Assembly (NCBI GenBank): GCA_965287045.1 | Contig: OZ336871.1 | Location: forward strand, 111,724,001-111,788,000 | Origin: Carcharhinus amblyrhynchos | Lineage: Eukaryota | Length of the DNA: 64,000 nt | Direction: 5' to 3' | Shown: positions 24,903-42,400 of the stretch, one piece after another | Layout of the letters: every line of letters starts with the position of its first letter | Position numbering within the stretch: the first letter of the stretch is position 1 | Made by a program: the position numbers and the translations under genes | Notes under the pieces: model-generated | Told to the model about the DNA's origin: nothing | What the model saw: the letters and a program-made list of their open reading frames with translations, nothing else | Database searches by the model: none

Positions 24903-27900
24903 GTGAGCGCGTATTTTCGAGCTATTTGCGGAGGGCGGCTGCTGCTGTTTCTTTATACTGATTTAATACAGGAAGGTTACGCTCGGTTTGTTCCTTTTGC
25001 AAACGGCTCTGCGTCGCAATGCTCCCGAATCCAGTTATAAATAACATTTGGGACAGGGTGTTATTTGCTAAATGCGTTTCTGTTGGCCGACTCCTTGTTC
25101 TCGAGCTGTCGACTTGATGGCGCGAAATGCACACTGAGCCTGTATATTGTTCATTGTTGTGGACGAATATCCTGGGGCCTAATGCATCAGGGTAGCCAAC
25201 TGAAAGTGTATTCTGTTTTACGAGTTGCTAATAAATATTTAAAGTCCCAATATGTTCTATGTAAGTAAAAGCGGACACAATACTGTCTCAAGTGACTTGT
25301 GTAGCGTTTATCATTGAAGGCAGAATGTATCAAAATAGTTCTGCAAAAGCAGAATAAACTGTTGGACTTGATTTTTCTTCGAACTAACGGTCTTTTTTTG
25401 GTTTTTGAAGTAGCTGACAAAATAACCTCTTTATTAATGTCACGTAAGCCTTGGACTAGACGAAGGCCTCTAATAAGTGGAACGTTTTGTGTGGAAATGG
25501 TATTGAAAATCACTATCTACCATTGTGTGCAGACCATACAGAGCTGAGAAATTTGGACTTGACTTTGCTGAAACAATGCCATGTAGCCATCGCCACCTGC
25601 GTATTGGAGGCAGCAAAACAAAACGCCGACAAATCGACTATAAGGTTACCTGTCTAAGATTAATGAATGTTGTGTATTCCGTTTAACATTGTTTTCGGAT
25701 ATGGAGGCATTTTGTGACTGATGTTCTTCAATTCCAGCACGTTACTTGAAGACTGTAGATTTGGAGGAGAAAGAATAGACATATTTTGCGCAGCATACCA
25801 GGTTTGCTGTCCCTCACATACCATACTGTATTTGTAAAGTTATTGGAAGTGCTGCAGTTTTGTGTCGAAAAGAAAATCGAGTCGGGCAAATGGTTCACTT
25901 TTTTCATTAAAACCAACTAAATTTCTAACCTACAGCTGACTATAGATAACTTTATTAAAAAATGCCTTACGATCTTGTATAAACGTGCTCTGATAAATTC
26001 ACATGGAATTACAAGTAAAATGAAGCAAGTATCTACATTGTATATCATTACTGAAAATGTAGTAACCGAAGCTAACCTTTTATTGTAGCTTTGATAAGGC
26101 GGCTAAGTTCCTATGTTTTCTTTTGATATATTTAGAAGAACAAAGATAAAGTGGAAACCTTACTAGGCAGGTGAGTATTAATTGTATATTAGTTTGTTTG
26201 TGCCTGTGTAGAGATGGGGGTTGGAACGGTGTTCCATCTTGGGTGCGGTATCTATAACTTGTTTCACTGGAACAACTTGGGTTATCATTTTTTTTATCAT
26301 AAAGGCACTCCATTTTCTACCTAGCAAATGTTTCTCGGCAAGGGTTTAAAACAACTGAAATACTAAAACTATTTTTAGATGTTTTGTTCAATTGACCATA
26401 CGATGTTGTTCAGTTCAAACTGCACAGGCTGCCTCAATCATAAATGCAAGGTAATATTTAATTATTTTAACGCCAGTCCAATCCATTGTAGACTGCCTCC
26501 CTAAAGTTCGTGCTGCCGAGGTGTATGACGAAAATTGAACTTAATTATAAAATTGAAGAAAAAGGAGGGGCAGAAATCAAACTGTCTAATTATTTTAACA
26601 TCAGCACTTGCACCCTGGCTAATTAACATGTCCTTGTTCACACATTTAGTTAATATTAGCCATACATTTACTTGAGGGTGAAGTTTTTTGAAACTCGTGT
26701 TTACAAATTTAGTGAATTTTGCTCCTAAAGATCAGTTCACCATTGCCATTAAAATGGATTTTCTTTTAAAATCACCTTCGTTTTGACAACTGTATCTCCA
26801 ACAAAACGACAACTTGTTCTAATTGAGTTTTAAAATATAGTTTGACCAAAACTGTTAATACAAATTTTGGGGGGTGGGTTCTGACTAGTTCGGAAAATGT
26901 AATGAAAGGAATTGCGTGATTTGAGATGCATTAATTTTTATTCCTGTTAAATATCTTGCAGTTTAGGAAGATTTCCTTCTCATATCATTGATGCTTCTTG
27001 GCGCCTGGAGTATCATATTAGGGTAAACATTTTCATACAATACCCTTCAAATTATTTGGATGTCACAAATATCCGAGCTAAATGCATTTTTTTGTATCTG
27101 TATTCCAGAATAACCATCTTCACAAAGTCAATCAACCAGCATATTTACTCACCTTGAATGTCGAGGTAAGGATTAAAATGTTACGTTTTGAGTTTGAATT
27201 GCTTATTTAACACGGTTTAATATTGTTTTAACTTCGTTACAGAATGGCGAGTCCCGGCCAGCTCATGATGTTACTTTCAGTTGTACAATGGAGCAATTGC
27301 AGGTAGACCAGCAAAACTTAATCTCCCTTACAAAATATTGACGCTTTCCCTCCGAAATGTCAAGTTTGAGGTTATTTTACTGTTTGCGCTTTAGGCTCGA
27401 TTGTAAAATGGTAGACTTTACATATGGCTAGTTGGGATTGATGCCATTGCGTCAATGATTCTCTTTTCTTTTGGAACATAACTTCAAGAACACTAATTGT
27501 TTGAAAACAAGTACATTGTGGGATCACCTACAGGCAAATTACATGTTAGCTAAAAGTCGGTTTCTATTTGAGGGTATGATTTAAAAGACATAAACTCTAG
27601 TTTATAATTTCAACCACGTTGATTTCAGGAGCCACTATTAAGATTTCTTTTTCATTCATTCCTGGGCAGTGACTTTTACAAATAGTTGCCTGCTATCGAT
27701 TGGAAGAGGGAAAACCCCGGGTTTCATTATTTTCTGTGTCTCTGCCCATGGAAAGATTAACCCTTCACTGAATTTACGCCACTTATTTTGATAGAGGAAA
27801 AACCTCATTTCATTGCACTCTCATTTTACATTTTGAAGTGTTGAATTTAAATAGCGTCTAATGCGTGTATCAATTCTAATAAATTTGTATATAACATTGT

Positions 27901-28573
27901 TTTAATTCCAATTTTAGGGGGAATGTTACTGACTGCCTAATGTGAAGCCACCTCCTGGCTTATTCTCAAACTTTTTAATGTAAATGACCATTTGCCTTTA
28001 CAAGGTTTAGTGTTATTACTAATGCCATTTGGCACATTTTTTTATTTTAGAAAGTTCAGCAATTTACAAGACACTTGAAGACATTATGCTCGGCAGCTTT
28101 CCAATTGGCATATTTTACAAAAAGCTATCTCTACTTCGAAATTTACAAACTAACGCGAATTTGCGACTTGGAATTGTTCAGTGAAAATATTAGCAAAATA
28201 GCGTTTTATTTCAAGCCACAAAGATTTTAAACTTCATTTGTGAATTTCTAAAGCTTGGCCGTGTTACTTGTTTGAGAGTCTATGCATCAAGGTGTTGATG
28301 ATTTGACTATGAATTGTTTCTAATTTTAACGACGGTTGGGTGGGGGGAGGAAAAGAGGAGAGAGATCTACTGTGATTCGCAAATATTTTACATAAAGTTA
28401 CTCGGGTTTGTAATCTTGGGAAAAGATTTAAAATGATTTTTTTTCCCGGACGGTAGTATACATTTCTGACTCCCGTGTATATGTAATTATAAAAATCTGC
28501 TTTCTCATTGCAGGATCTTTTGGGGAAGTTGAAGGATGCAGCTAAAAGCATGGAGAAGGCGAGTCAGATGTAA
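24764..28573 (+). CDS. COMMD3: COMM domain-containing protein 3, complete 8-exon gene, 195 aa
   Basis: Exons 24764-24902, 25533-25644, 25738-25801, 26136-26170, 26962-27022, 27109-27165, 27243-27302, 28514-28573 total 588 nt; all GT-AG; MELPEYTLKGLQLLADP...DASWRLEYHIR...FSCTMEQLQDLLGKLKDAAKSMEKASQM*; directly upstream of BMI1 as in other vertebrates. Confidence 0.97.
25533..25644 (+). CDS. COMMD3: COMMD3 exon 2 (112 nt)
   Basis: gcag|; DHTELRNLDLTLLKQCHVAIATCVLEAAKQNADKSTI; AG|gttac. Confidence 0.93.
25738..25801 (+). CDS. COMMD3: COMMD3 exon 3 (64 nt)
   Basis: ttccag|; STLLEDCRFGGERIDIFCAAYQ; CAG|gtttg. Confidence 0.93.
26136..26170 (+). CDS. COMMD3: COMMD3 exon 4 (35 nt)
   Basis: tttag|; KNKDKVETLLG; AG|gtgagt. 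Confidence 0.92.
26962..27022 (+). CDS. COMMD3: COMMD3 exon 5 (61 nt)
   Basis: ttgcag|; SLGRFPSHIIDASWRLEYHIR (COMM domain WR motif); AGG|gtaaac. Confidence 0.95.
27109..27165 (+). CDS. COMMD3: COMMD3 exon 6 (57 nt)
   Basis: ttccag|; NNHLHKVNQPAYLLTLNVE; GAG|gtaagg. Confidence 0.94.
27243..27302 (+). CDS. COMMD3: COMMD3 exon 7 (60 nt)
   Basis: ttacag|; NGESRPAHDVTFSCTMEQLQ; CAG|gtagac. Confidence 0.94.
28514..28573 (+). CDS. COMMD3: COMMD3 exon 8 (60 nt coding, stop TAA)
   Basis: ttgcag|; DLLGKLKDAAKSMEKASQM*. Confidence 0.95.
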   Translation, partial: DLLGKLKDAAKSMEKASQM

Positions 28574-28737
28574 TTGATGAAGCTGTGGGAACCGCGATTG
28601 AACTCGAGGCTGTGGGTGGTATAAAAGGAATTCTCCAGAACCTGCCTGCTTCCACATTCTATGCAAAAGACGAACAACACAGAATCCATAAATAGTTCAA
28701 ACTTTACATTTAGCGAATGTATTCCACCCTATACTTG

Positions 28738-28819
28738 AATAAAATACTGGTGTGGAGGGAGAATTTTGCTGTATCATGTGTCGCGTTTGACTGTGTATAT
28801 ACGATTTTTCCACAATAAA
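28738..28819 (+). terminator. Candidate COMMD3 poly(A) signals
   Basis: AATAAA at 28738-28743 and 28814-28819, 165-245 nt after the stop codon. Confidence 0.55.
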
Positions 28820-30029
28820 GACATGCTTCCTAAAGTCTGAGCTATCTTATTTCGCACTTTGATATGATTCCACGCTTGTTTCAAATTTGTTGGGTACGTA
28901 ATATATTTTGCCAAAAGTCAAAATGTTGATACTTTAAGTCGCTTTCAACGATCTAAACCTATTCGAATTGATTCCGACCCCCCTCGAATGAAAGCAACGT
29001 TTTTGAAGAGATCTCTTACTATTCTTGACGTCTCCAGGTGCCGGTTTGGGGTGAAGGGGGAAGCTTCTGAACTGGATGCAATTCTTTAATGATGTGATTT
29101 TATATATATATATATAAAATTCACATCTTGGAAGTCGTTTGGCGGGTATTGTCCTCTTCTTGCCAACATTACAAGACTCGTTGGAAATTGGGGAAACGTC
29201 AATTTTAAATAAGATATCGGAAGCGGAAAGTAGGTTTTTTTTCCTCTTCACCACCCCCCCCCCGGAATATTTTCTTAAACTTTTAATAAACCCATATTTT
29301 CCCAAAATGTCTGTCAGTCCGTTCATTTGTAGGTAACCAATGCTGCTACGTCCAACTTCGGAGCTCTTGCCTCGTTCGAAACGCGCGTTTGTATTTGTTT
29401 CTGCTTTCCAATTTAAACAAAAATACAAAGAAGTCGTCTTTTCCGGAGGTTGTACGGCACATCAGTACGGAGAGTCGGGATGTGTGAAGTGAACTAGTTG
29501 TGGGAACTTGTCCACGTTCCAGTGACTATAGTTCATCTGTGCTGGGGAGGAATCGTGAGGCTGTGAACAGTAACAACACATATTACAAATGAAAAATTGG
29601 ATCAAAAGGGGGGGTCGCCCCACCGCCAATCCCCAGTCGCTACAACATGAAGATTTTATACATCATCATTCAGCAATCTAATCGTAATGATAATATCCTG
29701 TTGGCACTTTATAAATGCGAGCGTGCAGATTCCTAATAAAGGGAAGCTTTCATTTGAAATCTTGGCTGAGACGTATTCTCGAATGTGGAACAAGAGCCTG
29801 AAATAAAAGTTTGCAGTCATATTTTATTATATAACATCCTCTTTTTTTGTTGTTGTATTGTAACCACGAGACTCTTATTTTACCCGGCGACATGTATAGA
29901 TTTCTTTTTTAAAGGGTTTGATATTGGTGGAGCTGGAGCTGATGTGCGAGTGAGGCTGGTAAAGGGTGCATTATTTGGTGTTTTTTTTGAAGAGGTAGAT
30001 GGGTGGTAGAGGAGGGCGGTGCGGTGAGA

Positions 30030-30400
30030 GGATTGGGGTGGTGGGGGGGGGAAGGAGGAGGCGGAGGGAGAGGAGGAGGAGGGGAAGGGGAGGGGGGTGG
30101 AATCGTCTCTGATTACACCGACTCTAATTCCCAGGCCACCCTTAAGGAATGAGACCACGTGACGGAGCGGGGCGGTCGAACTCGAGCCATTTTGGGGACG
30201 GTGTCAGTTTCACGGCACCCATCACTGGGGCTCCGGGGGTGGGTTTTTTTTTCCCTCCCAACTTCTACAAGCGGGGAATAGCCCGGCCGCCTCGCCACCA
30301 GGTAGAACGGGCTGAACAAATATTGCATGGGCGCTGATCGGCTCCTGCCAGGGGTCGGTGTGAGGGTTGAAGGAGGGGGCTAGTGTTTAACGAATGTTAT
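30030..30400 (+). promoter_or_regulatory. BMI1 CpG-island promoter
   Basis: G-rich tract; ZNF143-like ACTCTAATTCCCAG 30121-30134; E-box CACGTG 30156-30161; GC box GGGGCGG 30169-30175; YY1-like GCCATTTT 30186-30193. Confidence 0.75.
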
Positions 30401-30401
30401 T

Positions 30402-30440
30402 TTCTCTCCTCTCTCCCTCCTCTCTCTCTCTCTCTCTTTC
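30402..30440. repeat. (CT)n-rich tract; second tract at 30692-30745
   Basis: Directly visible CT dinucleotide runs flanking the leader exon. Confidence 0.85.
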
Positions 30441-30633
30441 GAAGCTGCAGCCTCTGCGATTGCAATTGACAGCGTCTGCAGCTCATGCAAGATGGCCGCT
30501 TGGCTGCGATTCATTTTTTCCCCCTGATCTACAACTTTCATTGTTTTCCGCGGGGTGCAGGCTTGGAGCTGGGAGTCGCCGTGCCCCGGGCATGGTCTCA
30601 CCAAGGCTGCGCTGCCTGGGAAAGATCTCCCAG
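30440..30633 (+). other. BMI1: BMI1 first (leader) exon, 3' part; start uncertain
   Basis: attgacagcgtctgcagctc...caagatggccgcttggct...aactttcattgttttccg resembles the mammalian BMI1 5'UTR (recalled); donor CAG|gtacat at 30633/30634. Confidence 0.7.
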
Positions 30634-33600
30634 GTACATTGTGGCCGCCACTTGAGGCCGATTTCTCTGTTTGAAATGCACCCGGTGCTGCCTCTCTCTC
30701 TCTCTCTTTTCTCTCTCTCTCTCTCTCCTCTCTCGCTCTCTCTCCTCGCTCTTAAGGCTGACAGCAACTCAGCGGCTTTATCGCCCGTCCTTATTTCCAC
30801 TCAGTTTCGTTTACGCACTTCATTTGCAAAAAAAATGTTCGATTCTCCGCCGCGTTTGAGTCTGTGACCTTTCTGCTCGTTTGTATCGAGGGAATGATAT
30901 TTGTGCTTTCGATCATTGCAAGTTGGGGGGTTCGAAGTGTCGCGGATTTTTATTTATATTTCTTTGAAAGTTGACCAGGGTGGAAATTTGCTGCTGTTTC
31001 GCCGAAGTGTTATTAGTCAGCTCATGTACAAATGTGTATTTTGACATCAAACGGGGAACCCAGTGGAACGATTTTATAGACTTAGGATCCGTACAGGGTG
31101 AGGTATGTGCTTGTGTGGCTGTTTGGGTGAAAAGTCGAATCTGGGGTCTTTTCTGAACTTAACTTCTCAGGAGTACTTCTTTGGGTTTTGACGGTAAACA
31201 TGGCGGTCGGTGGCGGTGCCCCTCGGATCCTTGTACAGTACTTGTGGTGTCAAGAAGTAAATAAACAACCAGGAAGCCTGTAAAGCTTTGTTATAATCAA
31301 CTATTAATATGTTGAAACATTTTTTTCCCTGCCTGTTTGTGGACGTTTTCTCTTTTTTTTTGTCTCTTGTGAGTGGTAACCAGGACTGTATCAGATTGAC
31401 ACCAGTGATTTTTCCCGGCAGAGCACGAGGTTTGCTGAATGAGTGGGAGTGAGCAAGTGTTTTGTTTTCGCCTTTTTGCCCAGTTAGATTTATTAGAATG
31501 GATTCCGAGAACGTGTTGGCGTCGTTTGCTATCCCAGTCCTGTGTTGTCTTGTTGATAGTGATGATGGCGGTAGTAGTGGGGCAGGGGGTGGCGGGGGTG
31601 GGGTGGGGGTGGGGGGCTGGTGGCGTTAGATTGGGGACGGAGAGCTGCAATATAATCTAATGATGTTTTGATTGCGAGGATGCCGATTTCAAGGGGCCAA
31701 GATGGTCTTGGTCGCAAAACCTTTTCGGCTTAATCCAAGCGAGCAGCAACTTGACAGGGACAACTGAGATTGTGTGAGAACACATGCACACAATCCGTGT
31801 TTGTAAACGTGTCCCCTCGGTTATACAGGGTTTTAATGTTACAGAATGGTCTCTGATGTACTTAAGCGAAATGACTGAGAAGTTCTGAGAGCAGCTAAGG
31901 ATGATATGCAGCCGAATAACCTTGTTTCTCGTCTAATAGTTTGATTGTTCCAAAATCAGAATGGCCATGAAAAGGAAATAAAACAATCCAATTTGCACCC
32001 TCCCCACCCCCCTCCTTTTACCCATGTATTTGATTTCAGTCATGCTATGTGTTAGTTTTAGTTAATAAGCTAATATTTATGTTCTGAGCTGTTGTATAGC
32101 CTTAATGTAGCTTTCAGAAATCTTGTTTATATGTGTGTGTGTTTATACCGTAGTGGCGATGTTTTGACTGGCTCTGGCTATGGTTATTTTGCAATTATAC
32201 ATGCTGAACACCACAGTTGAAATATTATAGTAGACCATGCTTTTCTCAGAATTGCTGCTGGCTGTCCTAGAATATTTTATGCATTTTTCAGGTGTGGTTC
32301 CTCTTGTACAATATCTTGAAGACCCATGTGTCAGTTGGTCTACGTTGTTTTGTTGTACTTCATCCTTCCTTATTTCTTTGTTGCTTTGGGACGGTTGAGC
32401 ACGATGTTATGAAGGTTAATTGTTCATCCCGCATCGGGCTTTAAAAAATACTCAAGGAGACATGAAGTTCCACAGCTGACATGAATTACCCAGCATAAAC
32501 GGAAGCCCATGGGTCTGTGAAATAAAACACGTGTGTTTACATGGTTGTGTGTACCAAGGTCGAGTTGTCTCCCCGTCATGAAGGTTTCACAGATGGAGTG
32601 TTTAAGCTATTGATCAGTAAATCCTCATCCGTTTTGTTAATCTCACTCTGATCAGAAGGGCCTGACGGGGAGAGCGGAGCGTTTGGGAACACGTGGTTTG
32701 TTTTTTATTTTTTTTCTCTTTTCCCCCGCGGGATGGGTCTAGGGTACTCGATAACGAGAGCCGTCTAAAAGCTGGCGTGCGAACTCCAAATTGCTGAACG
32801 TGTCGCGATCTCTGCGACTTCCAACTCAATGAGAAAAGAGGGGGCGGGGGTGGGTTTGTGAGTTTCTGGGCATGGAGTTGGGGGGGGGGGGCAGGACAAA
32901 CCGTGTAAGTCGGGTAAACAAACGGGGAACTTCTGTTGAGTTCTGTTGGTTGTGTCAGACTGCTGAAAGAGTGAAGGCTGAAACTTCATTGAGATCTACA
33001 TGTCGTTTGTGTGTGTCTTAACGCCAACTGAAATATAAGAAACTACAGAAATGTTGATTGCTTATGACCTGATGTAGTTTGATTACTTCGGAACGTCGCG
33101 CGTCGGCGCTGTGGGTAAAAAATGCTTTCTTTAAAGCAAATGTACACGAACCTTAATAAATACCTTTGTTTTGATGGCAAGCAAACCGGTGTAGGTACTG
33201 TAAATAAGTGCGAGTAGTAGTGACTTTTTTTCACTTGGCCGCTAGTGCCTGGTATTTATTTGCTCTGGTTTCTGTGCGTCTTCTGAATTCTGTGCGTCAC
33301 ACAGTTATTTGCATGTTGTCAGTTTTCTTGCTGGTTTCTCGAGTACAACAAACTCTTTTCTTTTTCACGTGTTAAGTGGACCACAAACCACAAAAGTTTA
33401 GTGAAACATTGAATCTTTATTAATTCCTGTTTCCTGATTACTTATTAATTAATTATTAATCAATAGGCGTGCACTATCAAAGTGATCCTCTGCTTTGGAG
33501 CCGCAGCCACCTCTTAATCGCCCCGAGAAGGAGACAGGCGTTTGCAGAAGAAAATCGTGTGATCACAAAAGCCACTACTTACAGCTAGTGTCGACGTGGA

Positions 33601-34933
33601 GTCTATCTCAAGGAGAGCCAAAAAAACGATGATGTGCGCTGTGTTAGGGCTCATTTGAAATGGCGGTGAGATTTGCATGTTTAGATTACTCCGATCTTCC
33701 TCCGGTCGTGATTGCAGATTGAAGGTTTATACATTTGCGATATTTCCACATGAGCGCCGTGGGTCTTCCCGCAGAAGCTCGCTCTATTTTCGGTCCTCTG
33801 GCGAAATGCCAAGTGTAACCCAAGTTGCTATAGTAACTGTAAGAATTGCCGAGTATGGGCACCAGCAGACGTCAATTTGCCTTTTCGATCATTAAGAACG
33901 GTCCTCGTGTAGGACACGAACATTATTTTATTTATTTAAATTTGTAACGGCTCAAGCTTTGGGATCTGCATCGCATTACTAGTGCAGCACCCCGATGTTC
34001 ATTAAAATATTTCCAACGAACATGTAATTGCCGGAAATGGCTTTGTAGAACACAATTCTTCCTGTTTCGCTTTACGCGGGGCTAAAGAATCGTCGGTTTC
34101 ATGTCAAGCATAAAACGTGTGATTGCAAATCCAGATGCGATTACTCTTGTAATACAACAGTGTTCTGCTAAATAGATAGTCGCTTTGTCCTTTTTTTCCG
34201 CAAATTTTCATCGATTCCGACGTGCCGTGAAACGGCACAAATATGAGCCCAAAGGCATGTGGGTTTCGCGGAAAGAAATGTGTTTTGGTGCAGCCGGTTT
34301 GTATCCGAGAGTAAAGTGTAGAAAAGGCGGTTTTGCTATGCTTAAAACATGAAGGAAACAAAGCCAACAAAACGACCAGGAGCGGTGTTCAAAATTCATT
34401 GTCATAAACCTGCATGTTTGTGGTCTGTGGTTTTTTTTGTCATTATCACCGTGAAGGTCAGGGGAAAGGTGGTGTGTATAAGATCATCTTAAAATCCGTC
34501 TGATTACGAAAATGATTCAGTGTGTGTTTCAATGGCTTTCCTTTCATTGGGTGTGATCTGGCACATGCAATATGGATTTTACAACTCATGGGAAGCTCCG
34601 GTAATGTCAGCTTGTCAGTACTTCAGTAAAAACGATTCTTAGCTTTGGGGTTATCAATTGTTTTTACAAAACTACTTTGTTTTACAACCTTGCCAATTGA
34701 GATTAAGTCAACTCAAGAAAGAGAAACGTCAAAACGTTGATTACCCGGTGTATTGCGAACATTTTATCTAGAAATTGGTTCGTATATTATAATTTGATCA
34801 TTGTAGCCTTAGAAAATAATGTATCCATTTTTGTATCTTGCCATTTTGCATTATACGTTTTTTTTCCTCGCTTAATGATTGTATCCGACTTGTAACATGG
34901 ACCAATTACATTAAGCCAAACCAGTGAACTTAA

Positions 34934-39422
<4,489 letters not shown>

Positions 39423-42400
39423 CAGTATTCACCAAATAGACAGTGCAACATCTATATTCGAAGACCTGTTCATACCATGTGATAATATATAGATATAGAG
39501 AATGCTTCGCATTGCAAGCATCCTTAACATCACTATTTTGTAGTGACTTGTACATTTTTGTTCAAAGCGAGAAACAATATGTGGCTATACTACAAATAGT
39601 TTTGACAACATCTTTTGCTCCTGAAGACAATTTTCCAGTATTTGGGAATGCAAAATAGCAAGGGATCTACATCACTGAAATGTGCATTGCAAAGATTTGA
39701 GGATATTTACAGCTAACAACGTTGGATTTAATGACTCGATGATTTCGCAGGAGATGAGACTCACAAGATAAAAAATGAAGGAAGGAAAGCTGGGCAGGAA
39801 ATTATTGTAAAGATGTAAACGTTGGAAGATATTTTGTACAACTGTTTAATTGAATTGAAGTTTACTATATCTGTATATCAACATACTTTTAATTTACCAG
39901 TAGTAGGCATTGTGATATTGGCTGTACAGATGAAATATAAAAGGCTAGTGATTTTACACAATGACCACCAATTGAGAAGGAATTTAAGATAAAAAATTAG
40001 AAAAATATTATTTTTAGCCATTTCACTGTGAAAACCGATTGACAATAGATGTTGGCATCTATGGTTGTTAAATGCTTTCCTGCAGCATTAGTACACATAT
40101 TACAAAAAATACTGAATTGATCAACCCCAAAATAAAATTGTTTTAATGATTTATCATTTTAGACCTTATGTGGGTATGAAGTATTTGAATTGCCTATAGA
40201 ACAACAATATTTACATCTCAATTTCATTGACCAGTTAAGTTTCTAGATCTTAGAAATGCTTAAGAAAATTCAAAGGTGTTGTATGGATAGAAGCCAAACA
40301 TCCAATAAATTACTATGAAGCGTATATATAAGCTATAAATTAAAAATATACTGCCCCTGTGAATTCAAATAACTTGAGAAATTCTGCCTTGTATATCACC
40401 ATAGCCAAACAATGTGTACATGCTATATATGTCTTTTACTTGAAATGCTCATTTCATTGTTTTTACTTAAATTTAACAGTCCAAATTACTATTAACAAAC
40501 TTTTTAAAATTAGGCATGCCATCTCTTGTTAAATTTTAATATTTAAAGAATTACATATACTTGATATTTTTAAAGGGGATGCAAAGGGGTTTTCCCATTG
40601 ATATTGTTATGAATTGAATCTAGGTCAACATTGAACCTGATATTTGTTCAACCTGTGCCAGTAAACCTGGTGGTGTTAAATGACTTTAAGAATATAATAG
40701 ATAAAGATGTTTGAATTTCCAAACAGTGATGATTTCAGATACTTGCTAGCTGTTACTTCCACTAAAAGATTAACCATCTTGAGCAGAATAGTTTAAAAAT
40801 ATTACTGTTTTCAGCTGTAACATATACAAATTAAATTTCAGACACTCAACTGACAACATTTGAACCACACAAAATAATTAACACTAGGGTCGTAAGAAAT
40901 AAGCTTCAGATGATTTAAAACTTCAATCAGAATGATTACACATGATTAGAAGATATACTTATTATGCAGTATCATCAAATGTCCCCAGGCCCAATGCCAT
41001 TTGGCAAATCAGACCTATATGTGTAATTTTCTTGCAAAATCTCTTCTATATTTGTTTCTGTTATGATATATGTAAACATGAAGCATTGAGAGATGTGTTG
41101 TAATAATACAATCTAATTTATGCTGGGAAAATGAAAGGTGTAGCATTTGTTTTCATATTCACATCTCAGCATGTTGGTAGGTTCACATTTAACGCTGCAA
41201 AGGTTGACTCCAAATGGCATTCTTGAGGATGGAGTATTAATTTGTAAATGCAAAGTGTATGAAAATAGATTCCAAAAAATATTGGAGTTTTAATCTTTAG
41301 AGGTACTGGGTATTAAACAGTTCATGTTGTTTTAAGTGATGCTTTAAAGGGATAAGATTGCCTATGATCTATCAACCGTTTAACTACTGATGTCTATCTA
41401 CTCGTGAACAATGATTGTCTAAGCTAGCCTTATTTTATCGTGGTCGGTCCAAACTCCGTCTCTACAGAGGGCTTTATAAGAATTTCTCTTCTACGATGGT
41501 CAAATTTTGTTTGTAGGAAAACACAGTATTTTTGTCTGAATGTTGGCATAGTTTTACTGTCGCTGATATTGTAGACAAATTAGCAAATGAACAATACAGT
41601 TCTTTGCGTCCTAAATAGGAAAAGCACAATGCAAGTCGTGCTTTAATTTTCTTGTGAGATCGATTAAAAGCAATGATTTTGCATAAGCTCTTAGTATTCA
41701 CTTTTTGTTTCCTATTTCTCCCGAACATGATCTTTCTTGGAAGTATGGTTAGAGTTTGCAGATGCATTTCAATAGCAACAATAATCAGCAATGTTGTAAA
41801 TTCGACACAACCGTCAAATACAATGTTGAAGAAAATGTTTACCATTTAGTGAACACTTTTCATAATTGCGGATGAAATTAAATAATCTTTATTGCGCAAA
41901 TTAGTGAAGGTGTAAATTGCACTCAAAATTCCTTTCCGTCGTGAGTCCCTATGGTGATGTGGTTTTGCAGAAGGAAAATAGTGATCCTGAATTTCATAAA
42001 AGTGTAAGATGTTATGATAGAATGTTACAAAATGGGAAATCAGAGGGAGACAATGCTATGCGCGAATGAGATCACATTCATCTAGCACCCTCAAGGTGCA
42101 ATCATACTGTAACGTTTACAGAATGGTTAATGACTTTAGATGCACGTCAACAAGTAGCTCGTGAGCAATTCGAAATGAGAAATCTTCTGAGACAGTCCAC
42201 AGAGCTTGGACTGCACCAAGTATGAAATATACCTCGGGTCCTTCAAGGCATTGTAGCGAACCCTGTTTTCCCTGTACTATCCTGTTAAATGCATTATTCC
42301 ATACACGTATTCATGTTTGAGGAAAATACGCTCTCTTTATACTCCGCTATCCCCAGATTCTTGCAATACAACAGAACTGGAAACGGATCTTCAATTAGCT

